Assembly (NCBI GenBank): GCA_964014485.1
Contig: CAXHAT010000003.1
Coordinates: 30,359 to 94,358, forward strand
Source of the DNA: an uncultured Deferribacteres bacterium
Lineage (GTDB): Bacteria > Zhuqueibacterota > Zhuqueibacteria > Zhuqueibacterales > Geothermadaptataceae
DNA length: 64,000 nucleotides
Direction: 5' to 3'
This document shows positions 30,053 through 38,787 of the stretch, piece by piece. Numbering within the stretch: the first letter of the stretch is position 1; each line of letters begins with the position of its first letter. Below the pieces are notes generated by a model. That model was given only the letters and a program-made list of their open reading frames with translations, had not been told where the DNA came from and did no database searches. The position numbers and the translations under genes were made by a program.

Positions 30053-30246
30053 GCCGCGCCCCCGTTTCCTTTTTTATCGCGGTCCCTTGTGCATGAATCA
30101 GTTCGGTCCCACTCCGCCAACACTTTAAAAAAACCACAGATATTTTCTACGATGACGCGAGCGTCTTCTTTCGTCGGTTCAAAGTCGCCGTATTTTCTCC
30201 AAAAAAGCACTGTTTGATCGATCAGATTCGTAGTATTGCCAGCCAT
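30049..30246 (-). CDS. small hypothetical protein coupled to the primase gene
   Basis: ATGA overlap with the primase start; W........EDAR.I.EN..GFF..LAEW. Confidence 0.65.
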   Translation of the reverse strand: MAGNTTNLIDQTVLFWRKYGDFEPTKEDARVIVENICGFFKVLAEWDRTDSCTRDRDKKGNGGAA

Positions 30247-30382
30247 GATGTAAGCCTTCAAAATAAAAACCCCCGAAAGGCTCTACCCATAGAAGCATTT
30301 TTCGGGGGTTATTGATTGTGCAAGCGGACTTGCAACAGATTGTTGAGATTTTGGGCTGGGTAGCGCCTTCGATGAGAAAGGC

Positions 30383-30422
30383 GCTACATTTCGTGTAGCA
30401 ATGCTACAAACCGTGTAGCAAT
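30383..30422. promoter_or_regulatory. tandem palindromic operator-like sites (GCTACA-N5-TGTAGC x2)
   Basis: gctacatttcgtgtagcaat gctacaaaccgtgtagcaat, 20-bp period, upstream of the replication operon. Confidence 0.65.
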
Positions 30423-30441
30423 TTAAACTTTTTTGAAAAAT

Positions 30442-32517
30442 CTAATCGGTGTGCCACTCAAATGGATTGTCAGGGTTATAAACGAGAGTCCGGCCGGTTT
30501 GAATACTTGACCTTAAATGTCTCGCCAATATGTCGTGATACGATGAAATCTTTGTAATTGATCTCGAAATTGCGCGACTTACACTTTTGCGGATTCGCTC
30601 CTGTGTGCTTGATACCTTTCGAGGTCGACCTTTTTCTGTAAGGGCGGATTTCAAATATGCGACAATCCGCTCTTTCTGAAATTTTAATCCATCCAATTTT
30701 CCGACATCATTATTCTCCTCGGTTTCTTGTATTTCCTCTTCCAAATCCATAAGTTCTTTTTTCAAGTTTTCCGCACCTTCCTTCGATATAAGAAAATCAG
30801 GCAGGTCATCATCTCCAACACGCATCCCGAACTCAGAAAGCGACTTTTTGTCCGTTTGAAATCCCGTTTGACGACCGCTAAAAATTGATCCATGTACTTC
30901 TTGATAAACAGTGAGTACATGAACTTCTTTCCTGAGCGGCTTTTTCAACAGAAAAGCGATGTACTCCAGACCAATACTATGCTCCATGTTGATTGTTTTG
31001 TTTTCAAATCGCAGCGTCCATTTCTGACCATCTCTCCTAAAAATCGACTGGTTTAACACTTCATCCGGGGCTTCTGATAGCGACGCCTTCTCTTTTGGCA
31101 GGCACAGTCGTATCAGGCAATTCAAAGGCAAGTCGTCCAAAATAATATCGCGCGCGTGGTTCTTCACCGCCCCTTCAAGAACTTCCTGGATTTGTTGGCC
31201 GTGACGCTGATGAAGCTCAAAAATATCGCTTCCAACCTGATCCGGCGTTCCATCCAGGAACTGGATGACTCTGCTCGCCTCGCCAAATTTGGTAAAAAAG
31301 TTGAAATCTGAAATCATCGAAAGCTCTTTTGCCGTGCGAACATAAGATTCGAGCAAGGTGATTTGCTCCGTATTTTCTCTCTTTCCGGTTAGCAAATCAA
31401 CATTGTAGATTTCATCGGGATCGTCTTCAGCATACCGGCTTGCCAAAGCGGCAAAACGGCGATCAATACATTGCGAGCATTTTCCGCAGTGCGAATGGGC
31501 TTTCGTCCTCTCCCATGTGCGGCTGCAACTTATGGTATGCTTAATCAATTCCCGGCAGCCCGAATCGCCTATAAAATCGACCACATCGGTTTTCGTTTTC
31601 CACATAAACGGATTTTCGATTGTAAACCTCTCGTTTGTCACAAGACTAAAAAAGTCAGAAAAGGCACTCAACGCTTTCGGGTGCGTCGTTCGGCTGGCGC
31701 GCGAACCGACAAGTTGTTCCGAGATCGGTAAATTGATGCTCGTGACGCCGTTTTCATAAAACTTTAGCGTGGACAGTTTGAAAGCGTGTGCGACCGTCGC
31801 ACCTAAAACAGCATAGAGAAACGAGCGTGTTCTTTGCGTGTGCTCCCGTCCCAAATTCTTGTCTTTATTGACCCAAATGGGCACATGAAAAACAGTCGCT
31901 GGCTTGCAATATGTTTTCAGATCGTGAACAAGCTCTCTTCTGACACCAATAGATTTTGGCGTTGACGTGTGCGTAACCAAAAGTGTGTTTTTATGATTGT
32001 TCACGCATTCTTCTATCGCGCCGCCCAAAGAATCGAGCCCGCCGGAAAACATAATAACCGCGTTGGGTTTCGCGCCAATAATCTCTTCCTGTCCAAAAGC
32101 GAAAGATTGTCCCGGCGTTTCCACTTTTTCAAGTTTGGAGAATTGAAAAACATAATTGTCATCAGAGAGAAATTCCAATGCGTCAATTAAGGCGGGATAA
32201 ATCTCGGAAGATGACCAAAAACCCGGATTTCGAACAGGCAGGTGAAACGCGAAGGAGCGCCGCCAGTTTCCGCCGATGCCGGGAGAAGTCGATCCGCCGC
32301 GCGTGAAGCTCTGATCCGCGGAATACACATAAGCCGCGATCTCGAGTAAATCAGTAAAAATGCTTGAAATTCGACTTGCCAGGCGTTTGCTCAAATCATG
32401 GGTCAACAGGAAAACATTCGGATTTTTGCCGTGCAGATTGAGGCGAACGACGCTGTCATCCTGAAATGAGCCGGCCGGTTCCACGCCGCTGCAATAAAAT
32501 ATACGCTCACGTCCCAT
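30442..32517 (-). CDS. QueC-family (QatC-like) PP-loop enzyme fused to a C-terminal putative DNA-binding domain
   Basis: DLLEIAAYVYSAD, FSGGLDS, QRTRSFLY, RTTHP, NPF.WKTK, SCS...HCGKCSQCIDRR; extra ~200 aa FRRDG..W.LRF...GLEYIA.LL..P...ERIRKSVSRAI.....I......LARHL..SI.TG....Y.P. Confidence 0.85.
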   Translation of the reverse strand: MGRERIFYCSGVEPAGSFQDDSVVRLNLHGKNPNVFLLTHDLSKRLASRISSIFTDLLEIAAYVYSADQSFTRGGSTSPGIGGNWRRSFAFHLPVRNPGFWSSSEIYPALIDALEFLSDDNYVFQFSKLEKVETPGQSFAFGQEEIIGAKPNAVIMFSGGLDSLGGAIEECVNNHKNTLLVTHTSTPKSIGVRRELVHDLKTYCKPATVFHVPIWVNKDKNLGREHTQRTRSFLYAVLGATVAHAFKLSTLKFYENGVTSINLPISEQLVGSRASRTTHPKALSAFSDFFSLVTNERFTIENPFMWKTKTDVVDFIGDSGCRELIKHTISCSRTWERTKAHSHCGKCSQCIDRRFAALASRYAEDDPDEIYNVDLLTGKRENTEQITLLESYVRTAKELSMISDFNFFTKFGEASRVIQFLDGTPDQVGSDIFELHQRHGQQIQEVLEGAVKNHARDIILDDLPLNCLIRLCLPKEKASLSEAPDEVLNQSIFRRDGQKWTLRFENKTINMEHSIGLEYIAFLLKKPLRKEVHVLTVYQEVHGSIFSGRQTGFQTDKKSLSEFGMRVGDDDLPDFLISKEGAENLKKELMDLEEEIQETEENNDVGKLDGLKFQKERIVAYLKSALTEKGRPRKVSSTQERIRKSVSRAISRSITKISSYHDILARHLRSSIQTGRTLVYNPDNPFEWHTD

Positions 32518-33289
32518 TGACCCGCCCCCGCCGTGTCAACTCACTTCTGATTTTCTTCAGCGCGAAATAGACAAATCCTTTTGCGCTCTGATGATCGATA
32601 CCGCCTTCGAAAGTGTTCTTGGAAAACCAGCCGCCGGCAAATTCTTCCATAATCCGCGCCGTTTGGCGGCAATGCACTTCGAGCGCTTTTTTGAATTCGC
32701 CATGCTTATCGATATTCGCAAAGCGTTTTCCCGGCCCGACGTGATTCGAGAGTTCCCGGCTCAAGTAATAGGTCAAATAACGTTTGGTCACACGAGAAAA
32801 GAAATCGTGAGCAATGTGGCTGAATTGCTTCTTGTATGAAAACCCCTTAAACGCACCCTGAACGCTTTCAGCGGAAACACCGAATAGACTGTCTGTTTTT
32901 GCGCCCGCGACTGCGGTCAAGCTCTCCGCCGCGGCGAGTTGGGCGATTTCGCTCAAATCGTTGCGCCGACCATATTCTTTGTTTTTCTGATCGACAATGT
33001 TTGAAAATGCGGAAACGATTTCCAATAAAGAGGGCGAATCTGAAACGGCAAGATCAAGACTTCTAAGCGCGCTGGCGAAGTTTTTCTCGTGGGCGGCGGC
33101 GGGAATTTGTGTGAGCAGCCAGAAGGCGTGAACAAAGGCGGGATCGTCAGGGGCTTGTCTTAACCCTTTTTTTGAAGCGTCAAGAACGGCGGCGGCGATT
33201 TCTGACGCCGACGAACCGTTGGCAACAAGCCCGACGACAGTTTGCCAGCTCTCTGTTTTGGGAAGATTTCCCAGGCGAAGATGCCCCAA
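32507..33289 (-). CDS. QatB-like helical partner protein with N-terminal Gly (MGHLRLG)
   Basis: TTG start; overlaps the QueC-like gene start by 11 nt; all-helical; Gly at position 2. Confidence 0.6.
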   Translation of the reverse strand: MGHLRLGNLPKTESWQTVVGLVANGSSASEIAAAVLDASKKGLRQAPDDPAFVHAFWLLTQIPAAAHEKNFASALRSLDLAVSDSPSLLEIVSAFSNIVDQKNKEYGRRNDLSEIAQLAAAESLTAVAGAKTDSLFGVSAESVQGAFKGFSYKKQFSHIAHDFFSRVTKRYLTYYLSRELSNHVGPGKRFANIDKHGEFKKALEVHCRQTARIMEEFAGGWFSKNTFEGGIDHQSAKGFVYFALKKIRSELTRRGRVNGT

Positions 33290-33382
33290 ATTCTTTCCTC
33301 ACTCAATCCTGAATATAACACGATCACTATTGGCTATTAATACCGGCAGGATATGTAACGCTTTTGAGTATGTTGCCCTAAT

Positions 33383-34333
33383 TTATTCGAGATCAGGTTC
33401 ACCAACGCCTATCTCAGGCGCTATTTGGCGTTCTTCTACAGAAGTCTTTTTCACAAATTTACTAAAAAGAAAATCACCGAGAGGTACTGACAACAATCCA
33501 ATAACAGCGCCGCCTAAGAAATCTTCTACATGAAGGGAGATAGGTAGATTTAAATTACTCAGTCGTCGAGTCATCAAGATTGTGACGATTGACACGATGG
33601 ATCCAGAGCAGAAAATCGCAAATCCGTCAACAATCATTGTAAGCGATCCTTTTTGTAATGTTCGTTCCTTTCCGCCCCCAAGTTTGACATTTCGCCAACT
33701 GTACGAAATTCTGAATATCGCGAGTAAAAAAGCGCCCATTACGCCCCCGCGCAACAACGCACTTAACGGCGGTTCTAAATTTATATTCTGGGTTCTATAT
33801 TCAACCCTGAGAGGTTTATTGGGTATATCCTCTCGATACTTTATAAAGGTTATCAACGAGTATTCGCCTGGTACAAACAAAAGTGTACGGAAAGTGGAAA
33901 GCTCTTGCCAAAGACCCACTTCTTGAATTTCCTTAATACAGCGAATAGAACCGTTTGGCTCAAGCTTTTGTGCCAAACAGGAGATGCTATCGTCATATTG
34001 CCGTATAAGTCTTAGGGAATTAGGCGGTTTGAGGGCAATTTCTTCAATCTTAAATGCTTTGTCCGTCCGGTTCTCAATCGTAATTATCACAGATAAAGGC
34101 GCAGTTATGACCTTACTCGTTTGTAGCGTTTCAATAGTAATCGCTAAAGGCGATTCTAAATTGGGATCGATTTGTTCCTGCGACTCTTGAGAATTCTCTT
34201 GACCTAAAACACAATCAATTGCGAGACTAAAATGAACCAAGGTCGCTCCAAAAAACATTATGATAAAGCTATCAAGTCTTCTTTTATTATTGTTTTTCAC
34301 AACTAAGTGCATTTTTAAGTCTCTCAAGTTCAC
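33383..34333 (-). CDS. hypothetical membrane protein (exported beta-rich domain + ~3 C-terminal TMs)
   Basis: Hydrophobic N-terminal segment and three hydrophobic helices near the C-terminus; AT-rich. Confidence 0.65.
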   Translation of the reverse strand: MNLRDLKMHLVVKNNNKRRLDSFIIMFFGATLVHFSLAIDCVLGQENSQESQEQIDPNLESPLAITIETLQTSKVITAPLSVIITIENRTDKAFKIEEIALKPPNSLRLIRQYDDSISCLAQKLEPNGSIRCIKEIQEVGLWQELSTFRTLLFVPGEYSLITFIKYREDIPNKPLRVEYRTQNINLEPPLSALLRGGVMGAFLLAIFRISYSWRNVKLGGGKERTLQKGSLTMIVDGFAIFCSGSIVSIVTILMTRRLSNLNLPISLHVEDFLGGAVIGLLSVPLGDFLFSKFVKKTSVEERQIAPEIGVGEPDLE

Positions 34334-35132
34334 GCTTTGTCGAATTAATTGTCGCTTTGCTTAAATCAATATTTCGGTCTCTCGGTCTGCCTTTTTCTAA
34401 CCAGCTTCCTTTCGTATCAAGCCAAGTCTTTAAAAAATCATTGTATGTTAGCCATTCTTCCGCGCACTCTAAAGTGCCCTCACAGAACTTTTTACGCAAC
34501 TCTGAGTACGATTTTGACGCCCCCTCCACCCAGCTAGGACATTTCCACAACCACTCTTTCCAAAATTTAACAGTTCGAGAACTGATGTACACGACAGGAA
34601 TTTCCATATAAATTGAAAAAAGGTCCTTAATTCCTTCAGTTTTGCCTGGACAGCCAGACGGCGAACCGCGTGCAATAATTGAATTGCCTAGAAAACGTAT
34701 TGCACTTTGAATTCTATCATATCTGGGCTTTAGCGTATCACGCAAATCGCTTGGCAACGCCTCGTACCAACTGATATATTCTAACCAATACTGAACTGCT
34801 AAATCACCTAATTCATATTTCTGGCATTTGTTCTGTGTACTTTCGGCTCTTTTGAGATTTATCAAAGCGATTTGCCATCTTAATGCTTCTTGGTCTCTCA
34901 CATCAATCGCTTTTGCTCTCGAACATTCATCAATGGCCTTCTCAAGTAATTCACTGGCCCGAGTAGGATCTGTAGAAATAATACTTCGAGCTTCCTGGAT
35001 CAATTCGATACAAAGTTGATCTTTGGCTTTGGTGGGAGTATCTTGTGCCTGAATTCTGGCGGCTGGATACATCAAAGACAACATGTATACAAATAGGAAT
35101 TTGGGACATTTTACATTCATGCGACGCCTCAA
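34287..35132 (-). CDS. hypothetical secreted helical Cys/Trp-rich protein
   Basis: Signal peptide (IQA|Q), about 8 Cys in the mature part; AT-rich. Confidence 0.65.
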   Translation of the reverse strand: MRRRMNVKCPKFLFVYMLSLMYPAARIQAQDTPTKAKDQLCIELIQEARSIISTDPTRASELLEKAIDECSRAKAIDVRDQEALRWQIALINLKRAESTQNKCQKYELGDLAVQYWLEYISWYEALPSDLRDTLKPRYDRIQSAIRFLGNSIIARGSPSGCPGKTEGIKDLFSIYMEIPVVYISSRTVKFWKEWLWKCPSWVEGASKSYSELRKKFCEGTLECAEEWLTYNDFLKTWLDTKGSWLEKGRPRDRNIDLSKATINSTKRELERLKNALSCEKQ

Positions 35133-35332
35133 TAAAACTGAATATTCACCACAACCAATGACAGCTTAAAACACTATATGATTGAACCAACTACTTTTTT
35201 CAGAATCGGAGTACTTTGTATTTTACAATGAAAGAAAAATCGAAAGCATGTCCTCGATTTGTTGAGAATTCAATGGAGCAGGTCGTAATCGCAGACGATG
35301 AAAAGCTGAAAAACTCATTTCTTTGGTTTAGA

Positions 35333-35560
35333 TTACTTGCCGTCTTCGACTGGAGTCTTTTTCAAAGCTTCTTGACCCGTTTGTTCGGCAACGCCATTTT
35401 CACTGGTCAGCGTCTCTTCTAAAACCTGAATTGCGCCGCTGATGCGCAACAGGGTTTCTTGTAGGTTGGCTTGCTTTTGCTGCAAATCCGCGAGCATTTT
35501 TTGACCGGCCTGGAATTCTTGTTTCAGCGCGTTCAAACGTTCTTCGAGTTTGGATTTCAT
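35333..35560 (-). CDS. small coiled-coil protein, probably the distal eCIS operon gene
   Basis: LEERLNALKQEF..GQKMLADL..KQANL.ETLLRISGAIQVLEE; AAGGAG SD; same strand as the eCIS. Confidence 0.75.
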   Translation of the reverse strand: MKSKLEERLNALKQEFQAGQKMLADLQQKQANLQETLLRISGAIQVLEETLTSENGVAEQTGQEALKKTPVEDGK

Positions 35561-35607
35561 TTTAATTTTCTCCTTGAAAAGTGAGGTGTTATGAAAATCG
35601 AATTATC

Positions 35608-35721
35608 TCACGCAAAGCCGCAAAAACTCGCAACGAGCGTTTTGGAAGAACTTTGCGAAACGCTCGTTGCGAGTTTTTGGAAGAACTTTGCGAAACCTTC
35701 GCGACTCTGCCTTTGCGTAAA
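35608..35721. repeat. palindromic element family B (TCACGCAAAG...CTTTGCGT)
   Basis: Related copies at ~36716-36775, 38046-38242 (tandem pair), 55513-55602 and a partial at ~52887. Confidence 0.75.
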
Positions 35722-35854
35722 CGATTTATTGCCTGTATTCATCCAAAAGTTCGTCGTCGGACTTCCTGCAACAGGATCAACTTGCAATACACGTATCCGG
35801 GTGTTATCTTTTTGTGTTTAAAGCAAGCCATAACAAAAACAGACGAGTTGTAAC

Positions 35855-36274
35855 ATGAGTGTGAGCATAACCCTGCAAGTGCCGCCTTCCCTTTACCGCC
35901 TGGCGCGGCAAACCGCCGATGTGACGTCCAAACCGGTTGAGCAAGTGCTTGCGGACGTCCTTGCCGCCGCCAGTCCTTTGAGCGACGATTTACCGCCCGA
36001 TTTGCAAAAGAAACTGGACGCTCTTGCGCTGCTCAACGACGAAGCTCTTTTGGAACTCGCACGTAAAACAATTCCCGCGGCAAAGCGCCGACGATACGAC
36101 CAACTGTTAGAAAAGAACAGCTCAGGAACTTTAACACAAAACGAGCGCGCGCAATTGAGCGCCCTGCGACGGGAGAGCGAACTTCTCACACTGAAAAAAG
36201 CCCACGCTTACGCCCTGCTTAAATGGCGCGGCTACGCCCTCCCCGCCCTTACGGAACTTCCCGTGCCGCAATGA
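35855..36274 (+). CDS. putative antitoxin paired with HNH nuclease
   Basis: ITL.VP..LY.., L..L.DE.L, LLEKN..G.LT..E..QL..LR......L.KA.A..LLKWRG; ATGA overlap with the HNH gene. Confidence 0.7.
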   Translation: MSVSITLQVPPSLYRLARQTADVTSKPVEQVLADVLAAASPLSDDLPPDLQKKLDALALLNDEALLELARKTIPAAKRRRYDQLLEKNSSGTLTQNERAQLSALRRESELLTLKKAHAYALLKWRGYALPALTELPVPQ

Positions 36275-36696
36275 CTTCGTCGGAAAGCCTCGCCAAACTG
36301 CGCCGCGGACTTGCCGCTCAAGCGGATTATCGCTGCCGTTACTGCCAAACTTCCGAAAGACTCACCGGAATCAGCCTGACGCTCGATCACATCATACCGC
36401 GCGTAATGGGCGGTGATGATAAGGAAAGCAATCTTTGCGTCGCTTGCCGTCCCTGCAATGAATTCAAAGCTGCTCAAACTCATGCTTACGATCCGATTTC
36501 AAACGAAAACGTCCCGCTATTCAATCCCCGCGCCCAAAGCTGGCGGGAGCATTTTGAATGGGGCCGGGACGGTCTTCAAATTATTGGAAAGACCGCAACG
36601 GGACGCGCAACCGTTGAAGCGCTAAAACTCAACCGAGACATCATCGTTTACGCCAGACGCCGCTGGGTAAAAGTCGGCTGGCATCCGCCGGAATAA
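36271..36696 (+). CDS. HNH endonuclease (toxin-like)
   Basis: CRYC..DHIIP...GG.D...NLC.AC..CN.FK, LFNPR...W.EHF.W. Confidence 0.9.
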   Translation: MTSSESLAKLRRGLAAQADYRCRYCQTSERLTGISLTLDHIIPRVMGGDDKESNLCVACRPCNEFKAAQTHAYDPISNENVPLFNPRAQSWREHFEWGRDGLQIIGKTATGRATVEALKLNRDIIVYARRRWVKVGWHPPE

Positions 36697-36891
36697 CAGC
36701 AGTTTTATTTGCCCTCCCACAAAAATGCAAAGTTTCTCAAAAAATAATCTTTGCATCTCTGCGCCTTTGCGTGAAATCTTTAACCGGATAGACTGTTTCG
36801 ATCCAAAAGTTAGAAATTGCAATGTCCAACTTATTGTATTATTTTGAGCATACAAGACAACGTGAAACGAACCCATGCGAAAGGAAAAGAT

Positions 36892-37114
36892 TATGGAATT
36901 AACAATTGACGTCCCTGAAAAAGATTTGCTGGCATTCGGCAAAGAAACCATTCAACATGAGTTTGGCAAAACGCTCAAATGGCTCAAAATAAAGCAGTCT
37001 TTTCAACAAATATCAGGCAGTCTGAAAGACCTCGATGAAAAAGCCTACTTTCAGCAAGTCGAGAAAATTCGTGCGTCCGCGTGGGAGCAGTATAAGCAAG
37101 ACCCGGTACAATGA
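36892..37114 (+). CDS. putative antitoxin
   Basis: Small protein with ATGA overlap to a PIN-toxin remnant. Confidence 0.55.
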
Positions 37115-37206
37115 AAGTCGTTTTGGATTCCAATATCTTGTTCGCGGCGCTAATAAGCGGCAAAGAAGTTTATATCGACGTTTTCAAACTTACTCAATTT
37201 AATTAG
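37111..37206 (+). pseudogene. truncated PIN-domain toxin
   Basis: MKVVLDSNILFAALISGKEVYIDVFKLTQFN-stop; the classic PIN start VVLD(S/T)N ends after 31 codons. Confidence 0.7.
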
Positions 37207-37358
37207 CAAGAATTTCCCGCCTTTTCGTGTATCCTTATCTTACCCCAAAAAATCATCTCAATTGCAATCTTCGACTCATTATGTTATCTTTTACTTAGCA
37301 AACGGCTTAAATTTGCTCGAAAAAGATGACTTGACGTTGAATACAGGAGAAGTTTAAC

Positions 37359-37589
37359 ATGGCGAAACAACGTATAGAATACGATTCTCCGATTGAAGCC
37401 CTGGTCGCTTTGGCAAAACGCCTGAATGTATTTGAGTTGCGCCACAAAATAAACTCCGAGGATTTCTTCGATCAGTACGCCAAAGGAAAATTGGATGACA
37501 GCATCGATTTCGTGGAGTGGTCTAACGATTACCGGCATTTTGTCGATCTGAAAACCGAATTGGAAGCCTCGCTGCGACGTGTTGCATAG
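37359..37589 (+). CDS. TumA-like antitoxin
   Basis: L..L...L..FE.R....SE.F...Y..G.L.D..DF.EW...Y. Confidence 0.75.
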   Translation: MAKQRIEYDSPIEALVALAKRLNVFELRHKINSEDFFDQYAKGKLDDSIDFVEWSNDYRHFVDLKTELEASLRRVA

Positions 37590-37977
37590 CGCGCTGCAAA
37601 AATATCTCGACGACATCGAGAGCATTGTACGTACGCTCACGAATGTTCATATCGAGAAGTATGTTGAAGAGATTCTTTCATTCGAGCGTTTGAATGTGCG
37701 CATGAGACTGCGTTTTTCGAATGGCTGTTTGCTTGAGATTAATGAAGCCGTCGTCGTTGCGAACGAAAAAGTTGAAACGCCGGGCTATCGTCACCACTTT
37801 CAAGATGCGAAACAAGCGTTGATCTTTCGCTATGACAACGCGCCGCATTTCCCCAACTTGCCGACCTTTCCAAATCACAAACACCTGCCCGGAAAAACCG
37901 TAGCCGCCGCAAAGCCAACGATTCCTGAAACAATTGCCGAAGCCTACACAGCTGCGGAGGCTATGGCAAAATCTTGA
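37579..37977 (+). CDS. DUF6516 / TumE-like toxin
   Basis: YRHHFQD....LIFRYDNAPHFP.L.TFP.HKH. Confidence 0.8.
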   Translation: MLHSALQKYLDDIESIVRTLTNVHIEKYVEEILSFERLNVRMRLRFSNGCLLEINEAVVVANEKVETPGYRHHFQDAKQALIFRYDNAPHFPNLPTFPNHKHLPGKTVAAAKPTIPETIAEAYTAAEAMAKS

Positions 37978-38045
37978 TCATTCTCCCGGCCTTCAAACGA
38001 TGCAAATCGAAAGCTTCATAAGCGTCTTTGCACGAGCAAAAATAT

Positions 38046-38242
38046 TCACGCAAAGACGTGAAGCCGCAAAGGAACACGCAAAGTTTTTCTAAAAGAATTT
38101 CTTTGCGAAACCTTGGCGTCTCTGCGCCTTTGCGTGAGAAAAAGTTGCTCAAAAGTTTATTCACGCAAAGACGCGAAGCCGCAAAGGCCACGCAAAGTTT
38201 TTCTAAAAGAATTTCTTTGCGAGTCTTTGCGTCTCTGCGTGA
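38046..38242. repeat. tandem duplicated palindromic element family B
   Basis: Two ~80-90 bp units TCACGCAAAGACG(T/C)GAAGCCGCAAAGG...GCGTGA. Confidence 0.85.
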
Positions 38243-38247
38243 ATAAT

Positions 38248-38772
38248 TTATTTCCCCAACTGAGCCGCCGATTTAGATTTTCGCGCTTTTGGCTTTTCTA
38301 ATTCCGCAAGCTGCTTTTGGAACTCGGCTTTCTTTTGCGCGAATTCTTTTTTGACTGCATTGATTTTTTCCTGCATGGCGGTGAATTTCTTCTCGCGCTC
38401 ATCATCCGGCGGCTGCCCGTCTTTCAGCCATTCCATGTAATCTTTGGTGACTTTGAGCTCATAATTAACATCGAATTGGGCTGAAATAGCCTCAGTGACC
38501 TGAACCTTTAGGCTCGCGAGCGCTGATTCCAATTCCTCTTGCTTGATCTTTTTGGCGACTTTTTTTCTCAACTTGCCTTTCAGAATGCGATACTGGCTCT
38601 CTTTACCCTGGAATTTGCCGAGCTTGTCGTTAACGACAATATGAGAAACGCCTTCACAGGTGAAAGCGACCTTTTGGGTTTTTGCGTCAACCTGTTCTAA
38701 AGGCAAATTGTGAAAAGCAACAACTTGTCCAGTGCTTTCAATAAAAACAGAATAGAATCCACTTTCTTGCAT
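38248..38772 (-). CDS. hypothetical protein, candidate tail-fibre assembly chaperone
   Basis: Immediately downstream of the fibre lacking an S74 domain; helical, K/E-rich C-terminus. Confidence 0.5.
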   Translation of the reverse strand: MQESGFYSVFIESTGQVVAFHNLPLEQVDAKTQKVAFTCEGVSHIVVNDKLGKFQGKESQYRILKGKLRKKVAKKIKQEELESALASLKVQVTEAISAQFDVNYELKVTKDYMEWLKDGQPPDDEREKKFTAMQEKINAVKKEFAQKKAEFQKQLAELEKPKARKSKSAAQLGK

Positions 38773-38787
38773 GCTTGCCTCAATAAC

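Larger units (their letters stand above)
25978..35200. mobile_element. integrative element (satellite/IME-like) inserted at the tRNA-Asn 3' end; right boundary approximate
   Basis: Serine recombinase abuts the tRNA; RHH, primase-ATPase and cargo follow; I saw no host palindromic repeats in this span, and they resume at 35608. Confidence 0.75.

Noticed and set aside
30442..32517. Housekeeping queC for queuosine synthesis
   Set aside because: About three times the usual length, has Qat-like N-terminal and extra C-terminal domains, lies in an MGE, and has no queD/E/F nearby
33290..35600. attR duplicate of the tRNA-Asn 3' end
   Set aside because: I could not find a convincing copy by eye, so the right boundary stays approximate
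38046..38242. CRISPR-like array
   Set aside because: Only two long palindromic units, no unique regular spacers, no cas genes; same for all other repeats in the window
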